44,099 bases of DNA. Origin: Escherichia phage TR1. Numbering within the stretch: position 1 is the first letter of the stretch; every line of letters begins with the position of its first letter. The position numbers and the translations under genes are program-made. Shown here one piece after another: positions 24,309 through 34,733 of this stretch. The stretch lies in the sequence record OP087522.1, one strand, 5' to 3'. The notes beneath the pieces are model-generated. The model was not told the origin of the DNA, did no database searches, and was given only the letters and a program-made list of their open reading frames with translations.

Positions 24309-27300
24309 ACTCCATACTCCAACTACAACCATTCCTCCACCTGGTAGGTTAACAGTGATTCCGTTACCGTTAATCTGAACAGTGTTGCTTGTTCCGTTAA
24401 ACGCGAAGTTACCATTGTTAGCGTAAAGGCTTCCTCTAACGGTGGCATTACTTAGTTCAGCAAAACCAGATTTATCAATAGCCCACCCCTGACTTCCTTG
24501 AACGTAGTCATTTGATTGAATTCTTTTACCAATCTTGGCATTAGTGATTGATCCATCCTTGATCACGGCGCTCTGGATGAACACCTGGTTGCTCTCAACA
24601 ACAAAAGGCAATGACCACTGACCGGAACCAGATCCAATCCCGTTACTGATAGCGAATCTGTTTGCGTCAAAGATGAACTGACTCTTAACGCCAGTACCAC
24701 TGCCAACAAGCTCCATGCTCATCCCTGCGCTATACTCAACCCCATTATATTTTAGACCTAACTTAACACCGTACTGAGCGCCAGCGGATTCCGCATCAAC
24801 CCATGAGTCAAGTTTTTCATTAAGTGCAGCCTGAGTATCTCCAAGCTGAGCGCTCAAAGCAGTATCGGCAGTGGTCCTTGCTTCTGTTTCGGTGGCTAGT
24901 GCCGTCTGAACCTCAGTTATGGAAGCTACAACCTCACCATCAATCTGCGCTTTAAGCTGCGTGAGAGCCTCTACGCGCGCCTGAGTTTCATCAGCAATAA
25001 GATTCACCGCCTGAACGTATTCAGCCTTTCTGGCACCATTCTCCTTTGTCATGCGGCGAACATCAGTGTCATTTGCTAATGCGTTCTCGATGATTGCCTC
25101 AGCCTGATTCTGAATGTCCTGATTCTTTTGAATCGCATTCTGTTCGAGATATTTGAATCCTTCCGAACCTTCAATGTCAACTTTGATATATTCGTTGATA
25201 ATGTTGGCATCGTCAGTGCTCATACCTCTAGCGAAATCAGACCAGTCAGAGGTGTTGCCGATTCTGTCAATTAATCTTGCACGATACCAGATAACCTTGC
25301 CTGGCTGAATTGGCGTGTGCCAGTATTCATAGGCTGGATAAGGAAGCAGCGTCAGCAAGCTCGCGTTATCATGGTTGTAAGTACCGTCACCGTTATCAGC
25401 AACTTGCTGAAGTTCAGTGTAAGCTGTGTCGCCTGAGCCTTCAGGGAATCCCCATTTAACACGAATGCCAAACACCTCATCAGTTGAAGCAGTAATAACG
25501 GTTGGCGCAGATGGGCTACCAATCTTGCCAGTTAGCGATACAGTTACAATATCAGACCAGGCAGAGACGTTTTCAGTATCTGATACGCTGCGAACCCTAA
25601 CGTCATAGATTCCTGCGTAAATACCTTCAATATCAACTTCTGTGCTAGCTGTTCTGGGTACGTTAATCCAGTTACCATTCTCTTTCCTCCACTGAACATT
25701 GTATGTTTTAGCGTATGGCGCTTTGTCCCACCCTATTACCATCGTCTCAACCGATAAACCCTGAACAACCTTGCTGTAGCTTGATACTGTTAAGTTCTCA
25801 GGTGGCGACAATCTGTCAGGTTCTACAATTGAAGTAGGGCGGTCTATAATGTTAACGCCGTAGTCAATCTCGTCATATTTGTTCGGGTCGTACTCAACAG
25901 CAGTAATTGTGTACTGGAACGAGTCCTGACCATCAGTATCTGCTTTTTGAATACCAGTCACAACATATTGCTGAAGTGCCAGATTGTCCTTGTCGATTGC
26001 GAAAACAGTATCTGGCTGAGCTACAAAACTGAACGCCGTGTTCAGGTTAATAGTTCTACCATCTTCAGATACGCTTGCGATAGTTCTAGCCTCTGGGCTA
26101 CCGTCCGGTTTGTTAAGCAGGATTCTGTCACCAGGTGCTGCATCAACTTTAAACGGAGTAAAAACCTGCAATCCTTGCACAGATTCGATTCGACCAGAAA
26201 GGTTTAACTGATAGTTGCTCGACCATGCTGCGTCATTAACCGCAATAACCTCGCCAATCATCGGAATCATACCTTCTAACCCAGTTGTGAAGCTGATAGT
26301 TTCGCTTCTCAGGTTGGTTTTTAGAAGCCATCTTCCGCGCCTGTTTGCTTCACTTCTGCGAGTGCAGCCAATAGCAGTTAAATCAACAGGGTTAAATCCA
26401 AAGCGGCGGGTTGCCTCTAATTCAAATACCGGCTGTACATCTTGCTGATAGTTATTCTCCACATCATCAAACTGTACGTTCGCAGTAGTGTAAAGACTCT
26501 TTTCGCTAGCGAATGTGCGGCTGAATAATCCATTTACAACGTTATCGTTCGTGAAGATGTAAGATGGATTGCGAGGCTTATCAACTACGATGCCAATCTT
26601 TTCGCCATCATAGAATGTCAGGCCGCGGAATATTGAGCAGATATCACGAATTAGTGTGTATGCCTCAACCTTATTCTGTACAACCATATCGCAAAGATAA
26701 CGAGGTTCCATTCCACCTTTACCATCTGGAACCATCTGGTCGCAGAATTGTGCAGCTTCATACAAGCCCCACTTATCAATCTCTACACCTAACTCTCGCT
26801 GGTCAAGTCCATATCTGCGGTTTGTCACTAAGTCATAAAGAACCCATGCTGGGTTATTTGACCACGCCATTTTAAATAAACCATTCCATGTGCCGCTGTA
26901 AGTTCTGCTTTCAGGGTTATAGTTTGTTGGGACCTGAATTAACTTCCATCGCTTCTTGATAGAGATTGTTGGGATTCCGTTAGGGAACAGGTCAGAGCCG
27001 AACTCAACGTAAACCAGAGCAGTAAGCGGATAGCGGAATTTAGCGTCAATTACTTCCTGATAGGTTGTAATCTGCATTCCATTAACCAGCGTGCTACTTG
27101 TTGAGTCTGCTGTAATCTTACGGATGCGAACCAGCGCACTATCAAATTCAGCGGGAAGGTTTACACGTATGCTACGGTCGTAACCAGTTGTTGTTTTCCC
27201 GTTTGCAACTCCGCGAGTATATTGCTGATATGCCCCACCATTAACTGACAAGTCAATTGCATACTCGCAAGTTGTGCCATTCAGGTCTCCGTTACTTTCT

Positions 27301-27695
27301 TGTTTGATCAGTCGAGGCCAAAAGAGTTTAACTCGAATCGCCGAAAGCTGGCTGTTATTAACCGCAATGATGTACGGGGTATCGTTCGTAATTTCCCTGG
27401 AAGCCTGAATCTCTGAGTTCGCACCGTCAAGCCCAGCGATATAGTCCTGATATTGCGTACCAGCGCGAAACTCGGCGCGAACACCTTCATAGTTGTAGGT
27501 GCCATTCTGATTTTGCACTGGAACATCAGCAAGGTATAAATCCTTCAATGAGAAGTTAGGGTCCACCTCTCCGTCAGCAACCGCAAGTAATACCTTAACC
27601 TTGTTAAGTGAAATTAGGTTATCTTCCTGCTCCACTGGTTGATGCTGCTTCTGGCTACCGCCTTTGGCACCATAAATCTTAATTTCTTCAGCCAT
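24306..27695 (-). CDS. tail tip / host-specificity protein (lambda J-like); ORF track start 27734, likelier start 27695
   Basis: Over 1100 aa, last gene of lambda-like I-K-L-M block; N-terminus KIYGAKGGSQKQHQ resembles the start of lambda J. Confidence 0.7.
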   Translation of the reverse strand: MAEEIKIYGAKGGSQKQHQPVEQEDNLISLNKVKVLLAVADGEVDPNFSLKDLYLADVPVQNQNGTYNYEGVRAEFRAGTQYQDYIAGLDGANSEIQASREITNDTPYIIAVNNSQLSAIRVKLFWPRLIKQESNGDLNGTTCEYAIDLSVNGGAYQQYTRGVANGKTTTGYDRSIRVNLPAEFDSALVRIRKITADSTSSTLVNGMQITTYQEVIDAKFRYPLTALVYVEFGSDLFPNGIPTISIKKRWKLIQVPTNYNPESRTYSGTWNGLFKMAWSNNPAWVLYDLVTNRRYGLDQRELGVEIDKWGLYEAAQFCDQMVPDGKGGMEPRYLCDMVVQNKVEAYTLIRDICSIFRGLTFYDGEKIGIVVDKPRNPSYIFTNDNVVNGLFSRTFASEKSLYTTANVQFDDVENNYQQDVQPVFELEATRRFGFNPVDLTAIGCTRRSEANRRGRWLLKTNLRSETISFTTGLEGMIPMIGEVIAVNDAAWSSNYQLNLSGRIESVQGLQVFTPFKVDAAPGDRILLNKPDGSPEARTIASVSEDGRTINLNTAFSFVAQPDTVFAIDKDNLALQQYVVTGIQKADTDGQDSFQYTITAVEYDPNKYDEIDYGVNIIDRPTSIVEPDRLSPPENLTVSSYSKVVQGLSVETMVIGWDKAPYAKTYNVQWRKENGNWINVPRTASTEVDIEGIYAGIYDVRVRSVSDTENVSAWSDIVTVSLTGKIGSPSAPTVITASTDEVFGIRVKWGFPEGSGDTAYTELQQVADNGDGTYNHDNASLLTLLPYPAYEYWHTPIQPGKVIWYRARLIDRIGNTSDWSDFARGMSTDDANIINEYIKVDIEGSEGFKYLEQNAIQKNQDIQNQAEAIIENALANDTDVRRMTKENGARKAEYVQAVNLIADETQARVEALTQLKAQIDGEVVASITEVQTALATETEARTTADTALSAQLGDTQAALNEKLDSWVDAESAGAQYGVKLGLKYNGVEYSAGMSMELVGSGTGVKSQFIFDANRFAISNGIGSGSGQWSLPFVVESNQVFIQSAVIKDGSITNAKIGKRIQSNDYVQGSQGWAIDKSGFAELSNATVRGSLYANNGNFAFNGTSNTVQINGNGITVNLPGGGMVVVGVWS

Positions 27696-27775
27696 ATCAC
27701 AAAGCCTCATGTTTGTTTTGATCATTTGTGCCATTCTACACTAAATAAAAAACCCGCACTAGGCGGGTATGATAT

Positions 27776-28348
27776 TTAAGCATTGTCTTCAGAATAGCTT
27801 CCCGCACTAAACACGGAGCCGCCAACCGTTCTATAACCATATGGAAGGCAAACTGGATAACCAGCCGCTACCGTGTTTACAGCAGAGCCGAATGCGTAAG
27901 AAGCTCTATTGCTTGTCTGGTTACTTTGGTCTTTTAATCCGGTAGCTTGAGGTGAAAGAAGCTGGGCAATGCCGCCAGCAGCCAGAGAAACACCAGCGCC
28001 AATCAAGTAAACCTGCCCAGTGAAGATGCCAACTGTAATAAGCGCGGCACCTAGTATTGTCTGAAATAACCCACCAGACTTACGACCCTGCGGAACTGGA
28101 AGAATGCGTATCTCCTGAACGGCGCTAAAATCAGCAACTCTATGCTCATTAACATTTCTACCATCCACAAAAATTGCATACCTGGTGTTTTGCCCCACAT
28201 GGCTATTCATGAACTCCTTGAAGGCTGGAATCTGAGAACAAAGCGCCCTCATTGCCTCAGGCACACTGTTTACTGCCATTTGGTGAACCTTGCCAAACTT
28301 GCGACCTAGAGATAGGCCTAACTTAATATCAATCAGTTTCTGGGTCAT
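27776..28348 (-). CDS. tail assembly protein (lambda I-like)
   Basis: Size, position between K-like and J-like genes, hydrophobic C-terminal half. Confidence 0.55.
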   Translation of the reverse strand: MTQKLIDIKLGLSLGRKFGKVHQMAVNSVPEAMRALCSQIPAFKEFMNSHVGQNTRYAIFVDGRNVNEHRVADFSAVQEIRILPVPQGRKSGGLFQTILGAALITVGIFTGQVYLIGAGVSLAAGGIAQLLSPQATGLKDQSNQTSNRASYAFGSAVNTVAAGYPVCLPYGYRTVGGSVFSAGSYSEDNA

Positions 28349-29087
28349 AAATTACATCCTCTGGTAAATCCTTATGGCGAACAATGCGAACAGTTCGCTC
28401 GCGCCAGTAATCGGAATAAATATCTACAGAACTCATTTTACCATAAAGGTGATGTATGAATCTGTTGTTGCCAATGTAGATTCCTGCGTGGTTAGTAACC
28501 TCGCTTTGTACTTGCATCATGATCATTGAGCCAATTGGAATATCTGAAGTTTTTACTAGCTCAAAACCTTCCTTAACCCAGTTGTCGTCATAGATATTTT
28601 CCCCGTACCTCTTCTCCCACCACGGGTAATTAACTCGGTAGTCGTTTAGTTTGACGCTGTATTTTTTGTGAAATCCCATGACTAACTCCCAGCAATCAAA
28701 GCTACCCAAACCCCACGGTCGACCAATCAGTGGCATTGTTGATGGTTCAAGTATCCTCATGTCTCCTTCTGGAATACTGACGATAACATAAGGGATCTCG
28801 CACTCGTTGCAGCTACAGATATCCGCTGGGCTAGGTCTTGTTGTCGCACCATCACCAGTGTGGGAGTGAACTACGTAAACAATTGACTCGTTATCAACCA
28901 GATTAAATGCAATGTCGGCATACTCATTTGAATCAAGTACAAACTCATTTTCAGGGTCTTTGCTGACATTGGTTATTCTATGATACTTCTGCGCACGACC
29001 CTTCTGCGTAACAACTCCACAGCACTCATGCGGGTAAACTTCCTTTGCGTGCTGGAAAATTTCCAGTTTAACCTTTGAACTTAACAT
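28329..29087 (-). CDS. tail assembly protein K-like (JAB/MPN plus NlpC/P60)
   Basis: HSHTGDGATTRPSPADI (JAB-like) and Cys/His peptidase motifs; start moved to ATG 29087 (GAGGGA RBS) from ORF-track 29174. Confidence 0.65.
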   Translation of the reverse strand: MLSSKVKLEIFQHAKEVYPHECCGVVTQKGRAQKYHRITNVSKDPENEFVLDSNEYADIAFNLVDNESIVYVVHSHTGDGATTRPSPADICSCNECEIPYVIVSIPEGDMRILEPSTMPLIGRPWGLGSFDCWELVMGFHKKYSVKLNDYRVNYPWWEKRYGENIYDDNWVKEGFELVKTSDIPIGSMIMMQVQSEVTNHAGIYIGNNRFIHHLYGKMSSVDIYSDYWRERTVRIVRHKDLPEDVIYDPETD

Positions 29088-29100
29088 TAATAAATCCCTC

Positions 29101-29868
29101 TTAGTTCTGATTGGCCTTTGCCTGAAGGCTTGCTGCCGCACAACCGCCGAAATCCAATTGATTGTTAGCGCCAAATCTAATTTTGCAACTGTTTACCGTT
29201 CCGGAGCAGAAGTCTAATGAGGGATCACTAACTGGGTTATCATCTTTATCAAAGTATCGGTTTCCAGCATAGGCGCAACCATTGCCGCTACGATACCAGC
29301 CACGAGAAGCCCAATAGCAAACTGACTGAACAAGTCGCGCTGGAATGTAAATTCCATCCATATCCATTGGGCTACTTAGCTCAAACGAGGCAGTCTTGTA
29401 GTCAACCTGCTTTGGTCGCTCAATGAAGTAAACGAATCGTCGATAGTCCCCATCAGCGATGCTTCCGTCTTCATTGATGTTATCGCGCGTAGTAATCCAG
29501 ATAGTAACCTTAGCCTTAACTAGACCATTGTATTCACGAATCAATGCGCTAATGCGCTGGTCTACGTTTGATACTGTCAGAGTAACCTTGTTTGCCTTGC
29601 CGTCAGAAGTCATATTGATACCCGAGATACCAAATGGTCGGGGCCCATACTCTTCACCGCGGAAGGTAATTGTCTTCTCTGGCAGTGGCTCTCCGTTCAT
29701 TTGGGCCAGCATGATTTCCTCTGGCGTGTATGAGATGTTTTCATTGTGGAAATTATAAACGAGACTACCAAATGCCGTCCCATCAACCTGGATTAGTGTC
29801 ACAATCTCGCCAGGGAAAAGGCTTTGCAACTGATTTTCAAACTTTGGACTTAACATGATTTTCTCCAA
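29101..29868 (-). CDS. minor tail protein (lambda L-like)
   Basis: Position and size; C-terminal Cys cluster. Confidence 0.55.
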   Translation of the reverse strand: MEKIMLSPKFENQLQSLFPGEIVTLIQVDGTAFGSLVYNFHNENISYTPEEIMLAQMNGEPLPEKTITFRGEEYGPRPFGISGINMTSDGKANKVTLTVSNVDQRISALIREYNGLVKAKVTIWITTRDNINEDGSIADGDYRRFVYFIERPKQVDYKTASFELSSPMDMDGIYIPARLVQSVCYWASRGWYRSGNGCAYAGNRYFDKDDNPVSDPSLDFCSGTVNSCKIRFGANNQLDFGGCAAASLQAKANQN

Positions 29869-29895
29869 TAAAAAAAGCCCCTAATGGGGCTTAGT

Positions 29896-30246
29896 TTAAC
29901 GCATTGAGCTAAAGACTTCCACGAATTGCATGCTTACAGTCTGAACTTCGCTACTTAATGGCGTTACACTGATGCTATCTTGCTGAATAACAAACATAGA
30001 AGTATCGCCTTGCGGTGTTCTCCAGAAGAATGGTGTGATGATGTGATTGAAACAGAAATCCATAACCTCACGCCAGTTCTTGTTTGTGTAAGTCATCTGG
30101 TAGCTGCGCTTATTGCTGCGGTATCCTCCCGTCCCTCTTTGTTCATAACCATTGCCAAAGCTAACAATACGCACGTTATTGGTGTTAGAGAATGTCGCGC
30201 CTCCATTTTGAATCTGAGTGCAAAAATTAAACGTATCTAGAGCCAT
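29896..30246 (-). CDS. minor tail protein (lambda M-like)
   Basis: Position directly downstream of tape measure region; size about 116 aa. Confidence 0.5.
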   Translation of the reverse strand: MALDTFNFCTQIQNGGATFSNTNNVRIVSFGNGYEQRGTGGYRSNKRSYQMTYTNKNWREVMDFCFNHIITPFFWRTPQGDTSMFVIQQDSISVTPLSSEVQTVSMQFVEVFSSMR

Positions 30247-30247
30247 A

Positions 30248-30718
30248 TTATTTACCCCCGTGATTTTTGTGATAATTAAGGGCTATCTCTGCGCTTTTTC
30301 TCGCTTTTACAGCCTCTTCAAAATTGCTTGTTGTTAATAGAATTCTCTTACCTATCTTTGATATAAATTTTTTCTTTGTTTTGCAGTAACTAACCCCGAC
30401 AACGCCAGTTTTATTTGATGAGTACATGCTTTTGTTTTTCATGTTATCACTCTTCGTTACCAGTCTTATGTTTGATATGTTGTTGTTTTTTCTAGAGTGG
30501 TCAATGTGATCAATTTCCATGTCATCAGCTATTCTTCCATTAAACATTTCCCATACAACCCTATGGGCCATTACCTTTACACGCTTGTATTGAACGATTA
30601 TGTAACCTCTCTTTTCACAAAAGAAACCAGCAACATCGCCAATATTGTATTGTATTGCTGGCTTTATCTTCCAATAAAGAACGCCATTTCTATAATCAAA
30701 AATATCATTCCAGTTCAT
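30248..30718 (-). CDS. HNH-AP2 homing endonuclease (paralog family copy 3) inserted between tape measure and M-like gene
   Basis: MNWNDIFDY..., HRVVWEMFNG...DHIDHSRKNNNISNIR, AP2-like C-terminus; own promoter cassette. Confidence 0.75.
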   Translation of the reverse strand: MNWNDIFDYRNGVLYWKIKPAIQYNIGDVAGFFCEKRGYIIVQYKRVKVMAHRVVWEMFNGRIADDMEIDHIDHSRKNNNISNIRLVTKSDNMKNKSMYSSNKTGVVGVSYCKTKKKFISKIGKRILLTTSNFEEAVKARKSAEIALNYHKNHGGK

Positions 30719-30746
30719 TTTATCTCCTTATGATTTTAATGAGTTG

Positions 30747-30789
30747 ATTATAGCAAGCCAAATCCTTTTGGCTTTACCATTTTGTGCTA
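30747..30789 (-). promoter_or_regulatory. promoter cassette copy: palindrome TACCA-TTTTG-TGCTA (30775-30789), 22-bp spacer with hairpin, -10 TATAAT (30747-30752)
   Basis: Measured; overlaps tape-measure stop codon. Confidence 0.5.
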
Positions 30790-33558
30790 TTAGTTGAAAC
30801 CTCTCAAATAAGCAAAGGCTCTGCCGCCCTGCTGGAAAGACTGAGCAATCTCTTCTGCTACAATTGCCTTAACGCCATTTTGCAGCGCCTTGGCCTGTTC
30901 CGGGTCGCTTCCAATCCCACTATTAACGTTAACGGTTATTCCGCTAACATTAACATCTGCACCACCAGAAACCAAGCCGCCATTTGCATAGCCCGAAGGC
31001 CCGCCTACAACACCGCCATTTGCGTAACCTCTCATCAATGCGTAAAGGTTTTTAACACCAATCCTGCTTGTTGCTTCTTTTGTGAATACAAACTCCCCCT
31101 TATGTACAGTGCCTGCTGGTTGATATTTTCCACCGTCTCCAGTGTAACCGCCGCTAGCAAAGCCACCGCCAATCGCAGATGCGATAGACCCAATCGCGCC
31201 ACCAGTACCACCAAAGCTACTTAAGCTAGACTCGATAGCCTTAACAATAAGAAGCTGAGTTGCAATTCTTGCAATCTGCTTGAGTATGTTTACAGTAAAC
31301 TCCCTGAAGTTTGTTTCTCCAGTGGTTACAAGGTCAGTAATCTGGTCAGTAATGCCTTCAAATACCTTAGTGGTTAAACTTCCGGCAATTGAGAAAGCAT
31401 CTGTAGCGCTTTCAGCCCAGTTAGCAAAGGATTGATTCACGCCAGCAAGCCAGTTTTCACGTAGCGCATCCTCTTGAGCATAGAAATTACGCCTTGCTTC
31501 GAGTAAAGCCTGAAAATCAGTGTCATCTACAGAGCCACCTTTGTTTAACTGATTGGACTGAAGCGACTGAATCTCTCTGGCTCTCTGCTTCTCACGAGAT
31601 GATAATCCGGCGCCAAAACCAATGTTATTTGCTTCGTTGTTGATCTGAAGAATCTTCTTCCTGTTATCCTCAGCTAACTTATTAGCTCTTTCCTGCAAAA
31701 CAATCTGATCGCCAAGTTCAGCTTTCTGCCTTGCTAGTTCCAGAACTTTATCTTTCTCGAGAATAAGTCTTGCTTGCTCCCTTCCTATTGTACCAGCTGC
31801 TTGCCGCTCCTCAAGTATTGCAAATTTAGCCTCTTCCTCAAGAAGCTTTCTCCGCTCAGTACTAATCGCCTTTGTCTGACCGCCAACATCCTGAAGCAAT
31901 CTTAACTGAGCCTCAAGAGCAAGCACCCCTGATTCATAATTGATGGTAAGGTCTCTGGCTTCCTTTGGTGCTTTCGTTTTTGCTGGCTTATTCCTTTCTG
32001 CCTCGGCCTTCTTGGCTTCATCAAGCTCTCGCTGGCGAAGCTGAATAACCCTATTTGCCTGAGCTATAGCTTCAGCATTACCGCTCCTAGCGATTACCGC
32101 AGCTTGCTTCCTGGCGTCTGCAAGTGACTTCTCCGCTCCAGCCACTCGATCAAGAGCTAAGTACTCCTTGCCGATTAGATCAACTTGCTCAGCAACGTAT
32201 CTGTTTCCATCAATTAGAGCCTGATTGACGTCCTTTTCTAGAATGCTTGCAAATTCCTGAATTGCTGCGCTGTTTCTTGCCGCCACGTTTGTTAGCGGAG
32301 AGTTCACAAGGCCCTGTACCGCAACATCGTTGTAGTAGCTTACTGCCTTCGCGTTCTCGAACCAGCTATCCTGAATCTTCGCAGCCTCTAGCCTGTGCTG
32401 CTCTATTTGTGCGTTAACCTGCGTGAAGTTTGAAGCATCTTTATATCGCTCAACCAACTCTCTGGCTTCATCATAACTCACGCCAACATCAATCAGCTTC
32501 AGAATTGCCTCTTGCGCCCCGTCACGTGTTGATACGAATGACTTCGCGATATCTTCAGCTGTCTTACCTGATGCTTCCGAAATCTTAGCGATGCTAACAC
32601 TTAGCTGTCGAGCTGCCTCATCCGTAACCCCTAGCGTTTCCTCAACTGCTTTTCTTGCTGCCTTTATTGCCGATTCGCTCTGGTAAATACTTACCGCAGC
32701 ATAAGCAAAGCCAGCACCGAGGACGCCTGCGGCTACTGTGAGCGGGTTAAGATATGAGAGAAGGAATCTTGCAGTATTGGCGATGCCGCCAAAGCTATCT
32801 TTAATCTGCCCACCTTGCTGGATTGCAATTAGCCATATTGGAATGCCGCCAGCAAGAGATGTGCCGATATCTGTAATCTGTGCAGGAAGCTGAGAGATGG
32901 CATTCTTATATTGGCCGGCACTTAATCCTGATTTTTGGAATGCTGCTGCTTGCCTGCCAAGATTCTCTACCGTCCTTTGAGTTGCCGTTCCAATCTGATT
33001 AATTAATGGCGCTGCCTGCGCTGTTACACCTAGTTGAGATGCCTGAAGCTTAAGGTATTCTTCCCTCGTAAGGCTTGCCGCCTGAGCCTGGCGCTCAAGT
33101 GATGCGATAAATCTATCTGCCGCTGCTTTTGCTGCTGCTTTCTCTTTCGCTGCTTGAGCCGCTGCCCTACCCTCTTCAGTGAGAGCCGCGCGAGAACGAG
33201 CGAGCTTTGCATTCTGCGTTTCAAGCGCCTCCCCAAGGCGGAAAAACTCCTCATCAGGAACTACGCCAGCAGCAAACGCCTTATCAAGACCTACCGCTGC
33301 CTCTTGCAGCTTGCGGAACTTTGCGGCCGTTGGGTCAATAGCTGTTTGCAACTTAGCTAGTGACGCTTGTTGTTCCGCCAGTGCTCTAGCAGTGTCTCTC
33401 GCCTGGGTTCTTGCAACCTGCTCAGCATTAACGAACTCACTAATCCCAGAGGCTGCTTGTTGGTTTGCCTGCCTGAACTTTTGTAGGGATTGTGTACCCC
33501 TGTCTACTTGCGAGACGTCGACCGCTAGCGTGATGCCAGCAATTTCATTAGTTGCCAT
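30790..33558 (-). CDS. tail tape measure protein; ORF track start 33609, likelier start 33558
   Basis: About 920 aa, Ala/Gln/Glu-rich coiled-coil with Gly-rich C-terminus; follows G/G-T chaperone genes; GGAGA RBS at ATG 33558. Confidence 0.75.
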   Translation of the reverse strand: MATNEIAGITLAVDVSQVDRGTQSLQKFRQANQQAASGISEFVNAEQVARTQARDTARALAEQQASLAKLQTAIDPTAAKFRKLQEAAVGLDKAFAAGVVPDEEFFRLGEALETQNAKLARSRAALTEEGRAAAQAAKEKAAAKAAADRFIASLERQAQAASLTREEYLKLQASQLGVTAQAAPLINQIGTATQRTVENLGRQAAAFQKSGLSAGQYKNAISQLPAQITDIGTSLAGGIPIWLIAIQQGGQIKDSFGGIANTARFLLSYLNPLTVAAGVLGAGFAYAAVSIYQSESAIKAARKAVEETLGVTDEAARQLSVSIAKISEASGKTAEDIAKSFVSTRDGAQEAILKLIDVGVSYDEARELVERYKDASNFTQVNAQIEQHRLEAAKIQDSWFENAKAVSYYNDVAVQGLVNSPLTNVAARNSAAIQEFASILEKDVNQALIDGNRYVAEQVDLIGKEYLALDRVAGAEKSLADARKQAAVIARSGNAEAIAQANRVIQLRQRELDEAKKAEAERNKPAKTKAPKEARDLTINYESGVLALEAQLRLLQDVGGQTKAISTERRKLLEEEAKFAILEERQAAGTIGREQARLILEKDKVLELARQKAELGDQIVLQERANKLAEDNRKKILQINNEANNIGFGAGLSSREKQRAREIQSLQSNQLNKGGSVDDTDFQALLEARRNFYAQEDALRENWLAGVNQSFANWAESATDAFSIAGSLTTKVFEGITDQITDLVTTGETNFREFTVNILKQIARIATQLLIVKAIESSLSSFGGTGGAIGSIASAIGGGFASGGYTGDGGKYQPAGTVHKGEFVFTKEATSRIGVKNLYALMRGYANGGVVGGPSGYANGGLVSGGADVNVSGITVNVNSGIGSDPEQAKALQNGVKAIVAEEIAQSFQQGGRAFAYLRGFN

Positions 33559-33595
33559 ATTGTCTCCATAATAAAAAAGCCACCCCGAAGGATGG

Positions 33596-34224
33596 CTATC
33601 GCTTAGCATTCATCATATCTAAAGCTTTCGCTTCAAGTATTCTGATATCGTTAAGTACCATTTCGTCATCATCTATTTTATAGACTTTGAACAAGAATGG
33701 AAGGCAATTATAGTCAAGGCCAGTAGCGCCTGATGCGCCAACTCTCCATTGTGTGGACATTGCACAGTATACGTCCCAGCTTTGCATCATTGTTTCATCA
33801 AAGTGCAACTCTTCAGGCTCCTCACCTTCATAGTCGGAACGTTTCATTCCGATAGCTTCGAGTTCGGCGTCAGTTGGTGGTGACTGGTATTGTAAGTATA
33901 CTGCGCGTTTTAGTTTTTTACTCGCTGACCTGCAAGTGCTTTCATGTAGCTATCCATCAGTGATGGCACGGCGCCTGGGAAAAGGTTTGCAAACTCATCA
34001 ACGTTCTCATCGTTAAATGGCTCTTCTAAGTCCCAGTCAGAGCAGATTTCATTAATCAGTTCCTTAGTACTGAAGTTTTCACGATTAAGAATCTCCTGCA
34101 ACTCGGATGATTTCTTGTGCTTAACGGTCAATACAACTTCAGCATCTTCACCATTCGCCAGTTGAAACTTAACTGGGAGTTTAAAGTCAGGCAGCGCCTT
34201 GAGTGAAAGTTTAAATTTGGCCAT
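33596..34224 (-). CDS. tail assembly chaperone G-T fusion made by programmed -1 frameshift at AAAAAAC (33913-33919)
   Basis: Slippery heptamer at the 3' end of the G ORF; the -1 frame is open from that site into ORF 33596..33847. Confidence 0.6.
33910..34224 (-). CDS. tail assembly chaperone (lambda G-like)
   Basis: 104-aa ORF immediately upstream of tape measure, ending GTA AAA AAC TAA. Confidence 0.65.
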   Translation of the reverse strand: MAKFKLSLKALPDFKLPVKFQLANGEDAEVVLTVKHKKSSELQEILNRENFSTKELINEICSDWDLEEPFNDENVDEFANLFPGAVPSLMDSYMKALAGQRVKN

Positions 34225-34269
34225 CTCGTTATCTCCTTTGTTTATGATTTGGTGATTGTATCACATAAA

Positions 34270-34650
34270 TTATTTGGTGTGGAAGTGCGCGGCTTTATTT
34301 GCAAATTCATCAGTTGCTGAGCCGATTGACCAAAGTTTAGTCATTACTTCATTAATTTCTTTTTGGCTAACATCAGCCTCGCGATTGAATTCTTTGTTAA
34401 CAACCTTAACACTCAGGGTGTAAATCATAACCTTACGTTCGCATTCAATTTCTGACGTTTTCATGATTGCATCTCTCATCTCATGAGCATCAATTGCACT
34501 AACTTTTGATAACTCACCATGAACGAGACTGAAGCTCATGTTCTTACACATGTTTACAGCTTTTGCCATGTCCATTTCTTTCTGTTTAGTTTCACCAATG
34601 TTACAACCAGTTAAAGTAAGTGCGATTACTGCGGCGATGATAGCTTTCAT
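34270..34650 (-). CDS. lipoprotein (126 aa) inside the tail gene cluster
   Basis: Signal peptide with lipobox LTLTGC; own promoter cassette (34687-34729) and terminator upstream. Confidence 0.55.
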   Translation of the reverse strand: MKAIIAAVIALTLTGCNIGETKQKEMDMAKAVNMCKNMSFSLVHGELSKVSAIDAHEMRDAIMKTSEIECERKVMIYTLSVKVVNKEFNREADVSQKEINEVMTKLWSIGSATDEFANKAAHFHTK

Positions 34651-34686
34651 TTTGATTTCCTTCGTTCATTTCGTTTCGATGAATGA

Positions 34687-34729
34687 ACTATACAGCAACC
34701 CACGGCTTAGTCTTTAACAAAAAGTGCTA
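34687..34729 (-). promoter_or_regulatory. promoter cassette copy: palindrome TAACA-AAAAG-TGCTA (34715-34729), 22-bp spacer, -10 TATAGT (34687-34692), leader CATCGAAACGAAA
   Basis: Measured. Confidence 0.55.
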
Positions 34730-34733
34730 TTAA

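Noticed and set aside
30784-33571. Plus-strand ORFs within the tape measure gene (30784..31224, 33154..33360, 33179..33571) and minus ORF 33030..33254
   Set aside because: Antisense or alternate-frame artefacts of the long Ala/Gln-rich tape measure ORF.
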